From NCBI GenBank assembly GCA_043801585.1, contig JAZDLX010000064.1, positions 1 through 43,820 of the forward strand: a DNA stretch of 43,820 nucleotides, given 5' to 3'. The DNA comes from a bacterium (GTDB taxonomy: Bacteria > Electryoneota > Electryoneia > Electryoneales > Electryoneaceae). The notes under the pieces are model-generated. The model was not told the DNA's origin. It searched no databases and saw nothing but the letters and a program-made list of their open reading frames with translations. Shown in pieces: positions 36,040-43,820 of this stretch. Within the stretch, counting starts at the first letter, position 1, and every line of letters begins with the position of its first letter. The position numbers were made by a program, and so were the translations under genes.

Positions 36040-37236
36040 TTACTTCATATCTGCCAACGCCCGTGAAAAACGGTGAACGGCTTCGCGGATTTCAGTTTCC
36101 GAGGCGGCGAAGCTGAACCGGACGTACCCCTCGCGGCCGAATGCGGTGCCGGGGATGATTGCCAGACCATGGGCGTCAAGCAGCCACTCGCACATCTCCA
36201 TCGAGGTGGAGATCACACGTCCGTTCGCACTCCTGCCGAAGTAATTCTCGACGTTCACAAAGACGTAGAAGGCGCCTTCCGGCGGATGAAAGTGGATGTC
36301 GTCCACCCTCGCCATCATCTCGGAGATCAACTGCGCCCGGTGTGCAAACGCCTTAACCATCTCCTTGGGTTCCGGACCAGGATCGAGCAGCGCCTGAAGC
36401 GCGGCTTTCTGTGCGGGTGCGTTGGGAGACCCGGTGACCTGAGACTGAACTTTGCCCACTGCTTCCGCGAGGTCCGGAGGTGCGGCAAGCCAGCCGATAC
36501 GCCAGCCGGTCATCGCGTAAGCCTTCGAGACGCCGTTGATCAGCGCCGTCTGTTCCTGCATCCCGGGGAGCGAGGCAAAACTGAGGTGCTGTTTGCCGTC
36601 ATAGCGGAGCACCTCGTAGATCTCGTCGGCGATCAGCCAGATGTTCTTCCCCGCGAGCACCTTGCCCACCGCTTCCACCTCCTCGGGCGACCAGGCGGCA
36701 CCGGTGGGATTGTGCGGTTGGTTGAGGATCACGGCGACCGTTTTTTTCGTCAGCGTTGCCCGAAGCGCCTGCGGAGTGACACGCCACCCCTCGTCCTCGC
36801 GCGTCTCGAGAATCACCGGTTCACCTCCAGCAAGGCGGACGAGGTCCACGTAGCTGGCGTAGCCGGGAAGCGGGACAATCACTTCGTCGCCCGGATTGAC
36901 CACCGCGAGCAGGGTCGAGGCGATCGCCTGTTTTGCACCGTTGCAGATCACAATCTGTTCGGGCTCATAAGTCAGCCCGTTCTGCTCTTTGAGCCGGTTT
37001 GCCACTGCCAGGCGGAGCGCGGGAATTCCTGCCGAGGGGGTGTAATGTGTAAAGTTGTTGTGAATCGCTTCAATAGCGGCGTTTTTGACCGCTGCGGGCG
37101 ATGGAAAATCCGGTTCGCCCACCGTAAGGTTGGCGATGTCGCGTCCCTCACTTGCCAGTCGTTTTGCCTTCGCGGAGATCTTCAATGGAAGGCTGTCAGT
37201 CAGCGCCTCCGCGCGATGGGACAGAGAACGAATCAT
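36040..37236 (-). CDS. PLP-dependent class I/II aminotransferase (aspartate aminotransferase-like)
   Basis: GEPDF, GAKQA, PHNPTG, DEIY, SKAYAMTGWRIG and RFSFA motifs. Confidence 0.92.
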   Translation of the reverse strand: MIRSLSHRAEALTDSLPLKISAKAKRLASEGRDIANLTVGEPDFPSPAAVKNAAIEAIHNNFTHYTPSAGIPALRLAVANRLKEQNGLTYEPEQIVICNGAKQAIASTLLAVVNPGDEVIVPLPGYASYVDLVRLAGGEPVILETREDEGWRVTPQALRATLTKKTVAVILNQPHNPTGAAWSPEEVEAVGKVLAGKNIWLIADEIYEVLRYDGKQHLSFASLPGMQEQTALINGVSKAYAMTGWRIGWLAAPPDLAEAVGKVQSQVTGSPNAPAQKAALQALLDPGPEPKEMVKAFAHRAQLISEMMARVDDIHFHPPEGAFYVFVNVENYFGRSANGRVISTSMEMCEWLLDAHGLAIIPGTAFGREGYVRFSFAASETEIREAVHRFSRALADMK

Positions 37237-37262
37237 TACGCCCCTCCGAAACTCAAGGAATT

Positions 37263-37292
37263 GAAAACCCGGCTCATCCGAAATGAACCGGG
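37263..37292 (-). terminator. Intrinsic terminator downstream of pta
   Basis: Minus strand CCCGGTTCAT-TTCGG-ATGAGCCGGG followed by TTTTC. Confidence 0.6.
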
Positions 37293-37349
37293 AATGTGCA
37301 CAGACAGTTCAGGAGTTCTTTGTTATTAACTGTCTGGGAGCTTCGTGAA

Positions 37350-38330
37350 TCAGGCTCCCGCGACTACCGAGCAGATCGCGCAAACCTTGACGATGTCGTC
37401 CGCGCTGCAACCGCGCGAAAGGTCGTAGAACGGCTTCGCCAGCCCCTGCACGATCGGGCCGATGGCCTGAGCTCCCGCGAGACGCTCGGTGAGCTTGTAG
37501 CCGATGTTGCCCGCGTTCAGGTCGGGGAAGACGAGGACATTCGCCTTGCCCGCCACCGGGCTGCCTGGCGCCTTGCGCGACCCCACCGACTCGACAATCG
37601 CCGCATCGAGCTGGAGCTCGCCGTCAACCTTCAGGTCCGGCCGTTTTTCCTTCACCAGCTTGGTCGCCGCGATCACATTGTCCAGCATTTCGTGCTCAGC
37701 GCTTCCCTTGGTCGAAAACGAGAGCATTGCCACCATCGGCTCCTCGCCGGTGAGAGCCTTGTGGGTTCCCGCGGAGGCGATGGCGATGCTGGCGAGCTGC
37801 TCGGTGTCGGGCTGGGGGACGATGGCGCAGTCGCCGAAGCTGAAGGCGCGGCCGTCGGGCATCACCATCAGGAAGATCGAGGAGACGATGCTGATTCCCG
37901 GCGCCATCCCGATGGACTGGATCGCGGCACGCATTACGTCGCCGGTAGTATGCGCCGCGCCGGTGACGCCGCCGTCTGCGTCGCCCATGTGTACCATCAT
38001 CGCGCCGTAGAAAAGCATGTCCTTCATCGTTTCGCGTGCCTGCTCAATCGTCACGCCCTTTTTTGCGCGAATCTTTGCGAACTCCTGAGCGTAAGCTTCG
38101 CGTTTGTCCGATGTGGCGGGATCGACGACAGCGATCCCCTCGCCGGAAACCCCGGAGTTTTTCAGTCCCGCATCGATCTCGGCGGCGGAACCAAGAACGA
38201 TAGGTTTTGCGATTTTTTCATCCACGAGGCGGCGTGCGGTCTGCCACGTGCGGGAGTCGTTTCCTTCAGGGAGAACAATTGTGCGCAGGGTTTGCTTCGC
38301 CTGCTCGACGATGCGTGCTACTGGGTCCAT
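37350..38330 (-). CDS. pta: Phosphate acetyltransferase
   Basis: IVLPEG.D.R, LSFSTKGSA, DGELQLDAA, FPDLNAGNIGYK and DLSRGCS motifs. Confidence 0.93.
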   Translation of the reverse strand: MDPVARIVEQAKQTLRTIVLPEGNDSRTWQTARRLVDEKIAKPIVLGSAAEIDAGLKNSGVSGEGIAVVDPATSDKREAYAQEFAKIRAKKGVTIEQARETMKDMLFYGAMMVHMGDADGGVTGAAHTTGDVMRAAIQSIGMAPGISIVSSIFLMVMPDGRAFSFGDCAIVPQPDTEQLASIAIASAGTHKALTGEEPMVAMLSFSTKGSAEHEMLDNVIAATKLVKEKRPDLKVDGELQLDAAIVESVGSRKAPGSPVAGKANVLVFPDLNAGNIGYKLTERLAGAQAIGPIVQGLAKPFYDLSRGCSADDIVKVCAICSVVAGA

Positions 38331-38354
38331 GGTCGGTGGTCCTGTGGTGTGGAA

Positions 38355-38858
38355 TTATCGGTTGATCCCGAACTTTTCAAACAGACGCCGTTCGACTCCC
38401 GGAGGGACGAAATGTTTGATCTCCCCTCCGTGGCGGGCGACTCCCTTGATGATCGTGCTCGAAAGGTAGGTGTACTCGTCCTTGGGCATCATGTACACGG
38501 TCTGCAGGTTGGGTGCGAGGTGACGGTTCATCAGTGCCATCTGGAATTCATACTCGAAGTCGGAGACAGCCCGCAATCCACGGACGAGGGCGATGGCGCC
38601 AAACTTTTCAGCACCTTCGACGGCCAGTCCCTCCAGCACCTCAACTGTAATCCTGCTGTCGAATCCGGTCTCGTCAATCACTTCGCGAACCATCGCCAGC
38701 CGCTCCTCCAGGGAAAACAGCGGCTCCTTTGCAGGATTTTTTGCGAGCGCCACGATCACCCTGTCGAAAATATCGAGGCAGCGCGTGAGGATGTCGATGT
38801 GACCATTGGTGATGGGATCAAAGGATCCGGGATAGATGGCGATGCGGGACTTTTCCAT
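38355..38858 (-). CDS. coaD: Pantetheine-phosphate adenylyltransferase
   Basis: YPGSFDPITNGH, RGLRAVSDFEYE and LSST motifs; GAGG RBS before ATG 38858. Confidence 0.96.
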   Translation of the reverse strand: MEKSRIAIYPGSFDPITNGHIDILTRCLDIFDRVIVALAKNPAKEPLFSLEERLAMVREVIDETGFDSRITVEVLEGLAVEGAEKFGAIALVRGLRAVSDFEYEFQMALMNRHLAPNLQTVYMMPKDEYTYLSSTIIKGVARHGGEIKHFVPPGVERRLFEKFGINR

Positions 38859-38954
38859 GTCCTCACACTCCTGCTTGCGAAATTGCACACCGGCGAATTC
38901 CGCGACGATCCGTGTCCGAGGGCGGTTGTCCGGATTCCTGTGCACGGTCGTGGA

Positions 38955-38983
38955 AATATAGCGGAAGCCGGTTGCCGCTCCAA
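38955..38983 (-). promoter_or_regulatory. Candidate sigma-70 promoter for coaD-pta
   Basis: Minus strand TTGGAG-N17-TATATT, located just downstream of a terminator. Confidence 0.55.
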
Positions 38984-39017
38984 GGTCCCCCCGAGATGAG
39001 AACGGCCGCCAGGCCGT

Positions 39018-39051
39018 AAAAAAACGCCTCGTGACAGAACTCACGGGGCGT
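39018..39051 (-). terminator. Intrinsic terminator of the Gld-like ABC operon
   Basis: Minus strand ACGCCCCGTGA-GTTCTG-TCACGAGGCGT followed by a T-run. Confidence 0.8.
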
Positions 39052-39089
39052 ATTCTTGACGGGATGGACAGGCTGCCCTTCGGCAACGA

Positions 39090-40007
39090 CTACTTCTTCT
39101 TTTCCTTTTTACCAAGGATTTCGTTGCGCAGGTCGACAAAAATCCGGTCGTGAGCGGTCTTCGGCACAAAGAAGATCGTCGGCTCGTCATTTCGCTTTAC
39201 GTAGAAGCGGTTATCGTCCGCTTTCAGGAAATGGACTCGCTGGGCCGTCCCGCTGACCGACTCCACTTCAAAGTTCTCTTTTGAGAGGTTCCAGTCAAGT
39301 TTCGCAGCCTCCGCGCCGGTGGCGAAACTGGTGGCGGACAGGCGAGCCACGGTATCGAAACGGCGCTGGAGGAGCGGTGTGTCCACCGAATCGTTGACTA
39401 CCGGAAAGGTCTGTTTCCAGGGTTGCCCCTGCTCCCGCTTCATCTGCAATCCATCCATCGCAAAGCGGATGATCTGGTCCGGCGGAACAGTCACGATGGA
39501 ACGGTCCCGCCAGGAATCAGCTGTGCGTGAGAACGCAGATTTTGGATTTCCGCGCACCTGGAAGGTGATGCTGTCCTGCGCCAGGCGGGCGTAGGAGTTT
39601 CCACTGGTGGGCACCGGGTTGCCAAGGATCAGGTCCACCGTTTTCTTCCCGGTGACAAGAGTCAAGTGCAAGCCGCTGTCATCTACGCCGAATTCGGCGA
39701 ATCTCTCCGGGTTGGAGGTGACCTCCGTTTCGATGCGCATGTCCGCGATCTGCCGCATCGCCTGATTCATGTACGCGGGATTGACAGGCCATTCGAGAGG
39801 TTGGGTCAACATCCACCCGTTCTCCGTTCGTTCAAGACGAACGGTGTCCCCTTGACTGACCGTCGTCACCACGGTCACGTCCGACGTGTCAACCTGCGGC
39901 AGGGTGGTCTCTTTCGCTACCGGAATGCTCGTGCTCTTGACGACCAGGTAGAGAATTGCGAGAACAATCACCACGCCGACCAGCCAGATCAATTGACGAA
40001 TCTTCAT
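39090..40007 (-). CDS. DUF4340-like membrane-anchored protein
   Basis: Single N-terminal TM, W.L..P..WP and WRDR motifs; last gene of a gldA/F/G-like operon, where this family usually sits. Confidence 0.75.
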   Translation of the reverse strand: MKIRQLIWLVGVVIVLAILYLVVKSTSIPVAKETTLPQVDTSDVTVVTTVSQGDTVRLERTENGWMLTQPLEWPVNPAYMNQAMRQIADMRIETEVTSNPERFAEFGVDDSGLHLTLVTGKKTVDLILGNPVPTSGNSYARLAQDSITFQVRGNPKSAFSRTADSWRDRSIVTVPPDQIIRFAMDGLQMKREQGQPWKQTFPVVNDSVDTPLLQRRFDTVARLSATSFATGAEAAKLDWNLSKENFEVESVSGTAQRVHFLKADDNRFYVKRNDEPTIFFVPKTAHDRIFVDLRNEILGKKEKKK

Positions 40008-40008
40008 C

Positions 40009-41580
40009 TCAAGCCTCCCGTTTGCGGCGACGGCGGCGCAGTTGCCAGTACACAAGGCCGATCAGCACAGCGGCGAGGGGAGGGACGAACCAGTTGAAGT
40101 ATTTCCAAATGGAACGCTGACTGTCGCTGATTTCCGCCAATGGCCTCAGTGACACTTCGCGTGAACGCAATTGAATCAGGTCCGTATCTCCGGAAAGCCA
40201 GTCGACCGTATTCAAGACGAAATAAAGGTTCGAGGGAGTCGTCATATAGGCGTCACGCAGGAAATTGCCGTCGCCTACAACGACCATCCTCGCGCCGGGA
40301 AGAGATCCGGTCATCAACGAATCTTTGCCCACCGCCCAGGTTGGCTGAACCGGACGATCTTTCCACGCGCTGACAAAAGGACCATCCACAGCCACGGCCA
40401 GCACTTTCGATGGCTCGCGGAAATCCGCGGGCTGCCACTTGTTGTCCACGCCGATCTTGAATGGACTCTTCTGGACCATCGACTTGTCGCTGGACATCAT
40501 CAGCGGCGTGATCACCATTTGAGCGTTCTTCTGCCGCAGGGATGTGTCGATCTCCGAGGCAAAGAAGAGGCTGACGAGGTCCAGGTCGGAAACGATGGGC
40601 TGGTTCTTGGCAAACGTTGCGATGTTCGGAAAGAATGGGTAAGCGACCGTGTTCTGGATCGTGAAAAATCCCCGCCGTTCTTGAATATTGATCATGTTGG
40701 AGTTCTGGTCGGCGACCAGGTTCGCCATGATCGTAAATCCGTAGGGAGCGGTCAACCGCCCGAGATTGAATCCACGAGGAGCGGCAAACCCGCGCTGCAG
40801 GTCGGCGTTCACCGGGCTGAAAAAGACCCCCAGTCCGCCGCCGTTCATCAGGTACTGGTCAAGCAGCACCAGCTGGCTGTCAGGAACCTCCGTGGCCGGG
40901 GCCACCAGCAGCAAAGCGTCATACTTGTTGACATCCGGAACACCCGAAGTGAGATCCACCGTCTCGACCTGGTAATTGCTGCGCAAAAGTTGTGCGAGCT
41001 GACTCATCTCCTTGTCGAGCTCGGGCTCGCCGTGACCGGTGATAAAGCCCACGGTACGGTCCTGTTGATCGGTCATCCGTTTGATGATCGAGGTGATGTT
41101 GTATTCCAGCGCATTGGTCGACTGGATGGTCGGGATGGTCTCCTGTTTGTCTTCATGAAGAAGGACCATTCCCAGGTACACCCGTTTCAGTTCCAGCTTG
41201 TCCTTGTTCCAGACGTTCTCCTGGAACGGCGGGATACGGTATCGCTGCGCTTCCTTCTCGAGTTTTTCGTCCGAACCCGGATCGATGAATTCATAACGGA
41301 ATTTGCCGTGTCCGTACGTCTGGTAATCGGAGAGCAGGTCGTTGAGGTAACGTTTTACGTCGTTCAACTGCGGAGAAAGGTTTTTGCTTGCATACACCTT
41401 CACCGTCAGTGGTTCTTCAAGATTGCCGACAACCTTCTTCGAGGCTTTTGACAGGCTGTACATCTTGCTGTCGGTCAAATCCAGCCGCACGAAAGCGGTG
41501 TTGGCGATCAGGTTCACCAGCACAAGCACCGCCACAATCAGCAGGATGCCGACAGTCGATAGAATGCTCGTTCGTTTCAT
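40009..41580 (-). CDS. GldG-like ABC transporter auxiliary protein
   Basis: RLDLTDSKMYSLS, GFITGHGE, MVVVGDGNF and NTVDWL motifs; N- and C-terminal TM segments. Confidence 0.88.
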   Translation of the reverse strand: MKRTSILSTVGILLIVAVLVLVNLIANTAFVRLDLTDSKMYSLSKASKKVVGNLEEPLTVKVYASKNLSPQLNDVKRYLNDLLSDYQTYGHGKFRYEFIDPGSDEKLEKEAQRYRIPPFQENVWNKDKLELKRVYLGMVLLHEDKQETIPTIQSTNALEYNITSIIKRMTDQQDRTVGFITGHGEPELDKEMSQLAQLLRSNYQVETVDLTSGVPDVNKYDALLLVAPATEVPDSQLVLLDQYLMNGGGLGVFFSPVNADLQRGFAAPRGFNLGRLTAPYGFTIMANLVADQNSNMINIQERRGFFTIQNTVAYPFFPNIATFAKNQPIVSDLDLVSLFFASEIDTSLRQKNAQMVITPLMMSSDKSMVQKSPFKIGVDNKWQPADFREPSKVLAVAVDGPFVSAWKDRPVQPTWAVGKDSLMTGSLPGARMVVVGDGNFLRDAYMTTPSNLYFVLNTVDWLSGDTDLIQLRSREVSLRPLAEISDSQRSIWKYFNWFVPPLAAVLIGLVYWQLRRRRRKREA

Positions 41581-41593
41581 CGCTGGGGCTCCC

Positions 41594-42310
41594 TCAGAGG
41601 AACTTCCGTTGCAGTGTCGCGCGGCTTGCCAGCAGCAGGCTCAGGAAAATGACACTCAGGTAATAGATCACATTCCGGCTGTCGATCACTCCCCGGGCAA
41701 TGTTCTCGAAGTGGTACGTTGTCGAGAGGTATTGCATCACATCCGCCAGTCCGCCGGGGACCAGGGGGGCGACCATGACGAGAATCGCCAGTACGCCGCT
41801 GATCAGGAAGGAGAGGATAAAGGCGACGATCTGGCTGTCCGTCATTGCGCTGCCGAGCACGCCGATGGAGAGGTAGGCTCCGCCGAGCAGCAACAGGCCG
41901 AGATAACCCGCAACGATGCTTCCGCCGTCGGCATCGCCGAGCATCGAGATTGTAAACGGGTAGCTGAATGTCAGCACCAGCGCCACCGCCCACAGTGACA
42001 GGGCGGCAAGCCATTTGCCCAGGACAACGTCGAAATCACGCACCGGTAAAGTCACCAGCAACTCCATCGTCCCGCTGCGCCGCTCCTCGCTGATCAGACG
42101 CATGCTGATCGCCGGGGCGAAAATCACAAGCAGGAAGGGGAGCAGGTCGAACACGCTGCGGAGAGTTGCGGTGTTTTCCTTGAACAGGTTGAGGGTAAAG
42201 ATCCAGCCTGTGATCGTGAGGAAAACAGCCAGCACGATATAGGCGGCAGGGCTGCCGAAATAGCTTTTCATCTCCCGGCGCCAGATAGCGGCAACAATCG
42301 GTCCGTTCAT
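41594..42310 (-). CDS. GldF-like ABC-2 permease
   Basis: REMKSYFGSP, PAISMRLISEERRSGTMELLVTLP and SQIVAF motifs. Confidence 0.88.
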   Translation of the reverse strand: MNGPIVAAIWRREMKSYFGSPAAYIVLAVFLTITGWIFTLNLFKENTATLRSVFDLLPFLLVIFAPAISMRLISEERRSGTMELLVTLPVRDFDVVLGKWLAALSLWAVALVLTFSYPFTISMLGDADGGSIVAGYLGLLLLGGAYLSIGVLGSAMTDSQIVAFILSFLISGVLAILVMVAPLVPGGLADVMQYLSTTYHFENIARGVIDSRNVIYYLSVIFLSLLLASRATLQRKFL

Positions 42311-43275
42311 GCGGCCTCCTCCTCAGCGTGCTGATTGTCGCCGGTGGTGAGCTGGGCGAAGATGTTCTCGAGGCTCTGAATTTCACGGTTCATGCCGAGC
42401 AGCGTCCACTTCTGCTGAACGCAGAGCTTGAACAGCGCCTCGCGGGGATCGGAGTTGATATCGGTGATGACACGCAACATGGTTGTGCCACCATCGGATT
42501 CCGGAAGACTCTCGATGGATGCCACACCGGCGATTTTCCCGATCTCCTTGATACCCTTCTCTTCCCTGCCGTTGAACCTGATCTCAAGGTCGATTACCGG
42601 TTGGCCGCGGAATTTGTGCTGGAGCTCATCGGGAGTGCCGTCGGCGACCAGTAAGCCACGATGGATAATCACAACCCGGTCGCAGGTGGCCTGCACCTCG
42701 GGGAGGATGTGCGTGGACAGAATGACCGTTTTCTCCCGCCCGATTTTCTTGATCAGACTGCGAATTTCGACAATCTGATTCGGGTCGAGGCCGATGGTCG
42801 GCTCGTCGAGGATCAGGATCTTGGGATCGTGCAGCATCGCCTGGGCGAGGCCGACACGTTGACGGTATCCCTTGGAAAGCTCGTGAATCGGCTGTTCAAG
42901 CCGGTCGGAAAGGCCCGTCAGTTCAGCCATCTCCACAATCCGATCTTTACGCTTTTCCTTGTCGATCTGACGGAGCTCCGCGATGTGCTGGAGATACTCG
43001 CGGACGGTCAGTTCGGTGTAGAGCGGGTTGGATTCCGGGAGGTAGCCGATCAGGCCACGGGTGGTAAGGCTGTCGGCGACCACATCGTGGCCGTCGATGT
43101 TCACACTCCCCTCGGTGGGAGGATAATAACCGGTAATCACCTTCATCGTTGTCGTTTTGCCGGCGCCATTGGGACCGAGAAAGCCCAGAATTTCGCCGGC
43201 TTTGACCTCGAAAGTGATGCCGTCCACTGCGGGGAAGGAACCGTAATACTTCTTCAGATTCTCAATCCGAATCAT
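42307..43275 (-). CDS. GldA-like ABC transporter ATP-binding protein
   Basis: Walker A GPNGAGKT, signature LSKGYRQR, Walker B ILDEP, STH switch. Confidence 0.93.
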   Translation of the reverse strand: MIRIENLKKYYGSFPAVDGITFEVKAGEILGFLGPNGAGKTTTMKVITGYYPPTEGSVNIDGHDVVADSLTTRGLIGYLPESNPLYTELTVREYLQHIAELRQIDKEKRKDRIVEMAELTGLSDRLEQPIHELSKGYRQRVGLAQAMLHDPKILILDEPTIGLDPNQIVEIRSLIKKIGREKTVILSTHILPEVQATCDRVVIIHRGLLVADGTPDELQHKFRGQPVIDLEIRFNGREEKGIKEIGKIAGVASIESLPESDGGTTMLRVITDINSDPREALFKLCVQQKWTLLGMNREIQSLENIFAQLTTGDNQHAEEEAA

Positions 43276-43556
43276 CGGAAGACCCCTTTTGGTGTAGGAC
43301 TCATGTCAGTATTCAGTCCAGATAACGATTGAAAAGGCAAAGAGTTCCCGGATTCTCTCCGAGTTCTTCCGCCTGGCACTCGCGGAGACGGAGTGTCCGA
43401 AGCGGGAAGAAGGTAGGACGGCGGCGTGAACCGGTCAAGGTGGCTCTCCGTCGAGATCATGGTGAAGGAGAGAGGAATGAAAAATCATACGCTTGCCGGT
43501 CTGATGAGTTTGGTTGTTTCATTAGGTAACACGGGGATGCTTCCCTGGGGTTTTCT

Positions 43557-43736
43557 CCCGGACAGACATGTTCGGGCTACAATCTGGGGCAGCGTTTCGC
43601 GTTCCGTCAGGTCGTTAGCCCGCCAGTTGGCGAATGACGGGTGGCCCGATCAGTCAATTGAATGATCGGGTTTCATGTCATTGTCAGATGATTCAACCCG
43701 ACGGGTGGCCCGACTGCTATGTAGAGCAGTCAAGGG
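43557..43736. repeat. Cluster of four REP-like hairpins (BIME-like)
   Basis: Units: minus 43557-43580 GTAG-CCCGAACA-tgtc-TGTCCGGG; plus 43615-43641 TTAG-CCCGCCA...TGACGGG; plus 43641-43670 GTGG-CCCGATCA...TGATCGGG; plus 43705-43736 GTGG-CCCGACTGCT...AGCAGTC-AA-GGG. The 14-nt direct repeat GACGGGTGGCCCGA occurs at 43636 and 43700. Confidence 0.6.
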
Positions 43737-43820
43737 TCATGTGCCTTCTCCGCCTGTTTTCCCTTGACCGTGTTGTCGTGCTGCTATTCGCGATCGTAGT
43801 CGCATGTTTTGTGTTCGATG

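Noticed and set aside
36073..41451. Long plus-strand ORFs 36073-37329, 37296-38999 and 40171-41451 (also 34887-35981 on the minus strand)
   Set aside because: They are antisense shadows of well-supported genes in GC-rich DNA and show no recognisable motifs.
43340..43460. Hairpin-rich segment resembling SRP RNA or a riboswitch upstream of the ABC operon
   Set aside because: A stem (TTCTTCCGC...GCGGGAAGAA) is present, but the SRP core (CAGG..GGAA..AGCAG) and riboswitch consensus motifs are absent. An Rfam search would be needed.
43636..43713. GACGGGTGGCCCGA direct repeat as a CRISPR array
   Set aside because: Only two 14-nt copies, self-complementary intervening sequence and no cas genes; better explained as REP-like units.

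Overview
A 43.8 kb bacterial chromosomal window, mostly GC-rich (about 60% in spot counts). A T9SS-type C-terminal sorting domain and a Gld-like ABC operon suggest an FCB-superphylum organism (inference). It starts in the AT-rich 3' end of a UvrD-like helicase, probably an island edge. Then come signalling, envelope and housekeeping genes: HD-GYP proteins, M32 carboxypeptidase, EamA, patatin, a GT-C-like membrane protein, a DUF3857/transglutaminase pair, an ECF sigma/anti-sigma operon, a MacB/FtsX permease, amidase-surE-guaA-LpoA-like-uppP, aminotransferase-pckA, pta-coaD and a gldA/F/G-like ABC cluster. Main observations: (1) a selenoprotein SelD (in-frame UGA plus a clear SECIS hairpin, truncated in the ORF track) heads an overlapping three-gene unit with a REC-HD-GYP protein and an unusual Ppx/GppA-Nudix fusion; (2) an ECF sigma/anti-sigma/triple-repeat secreted protein module has a candidate promoter motif that recurs upstream of the neighbouring ABC permease; (3) at least two families of intergenic palindromic REP/MITE-like elements occur, one apparently inserted in the ECF 5' UTR with a 7-bp flanking duplication. 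No rRNA, tRNA, CRISPR array or transposase was found. All calls come from reading motifs by eye; no database searches were run.
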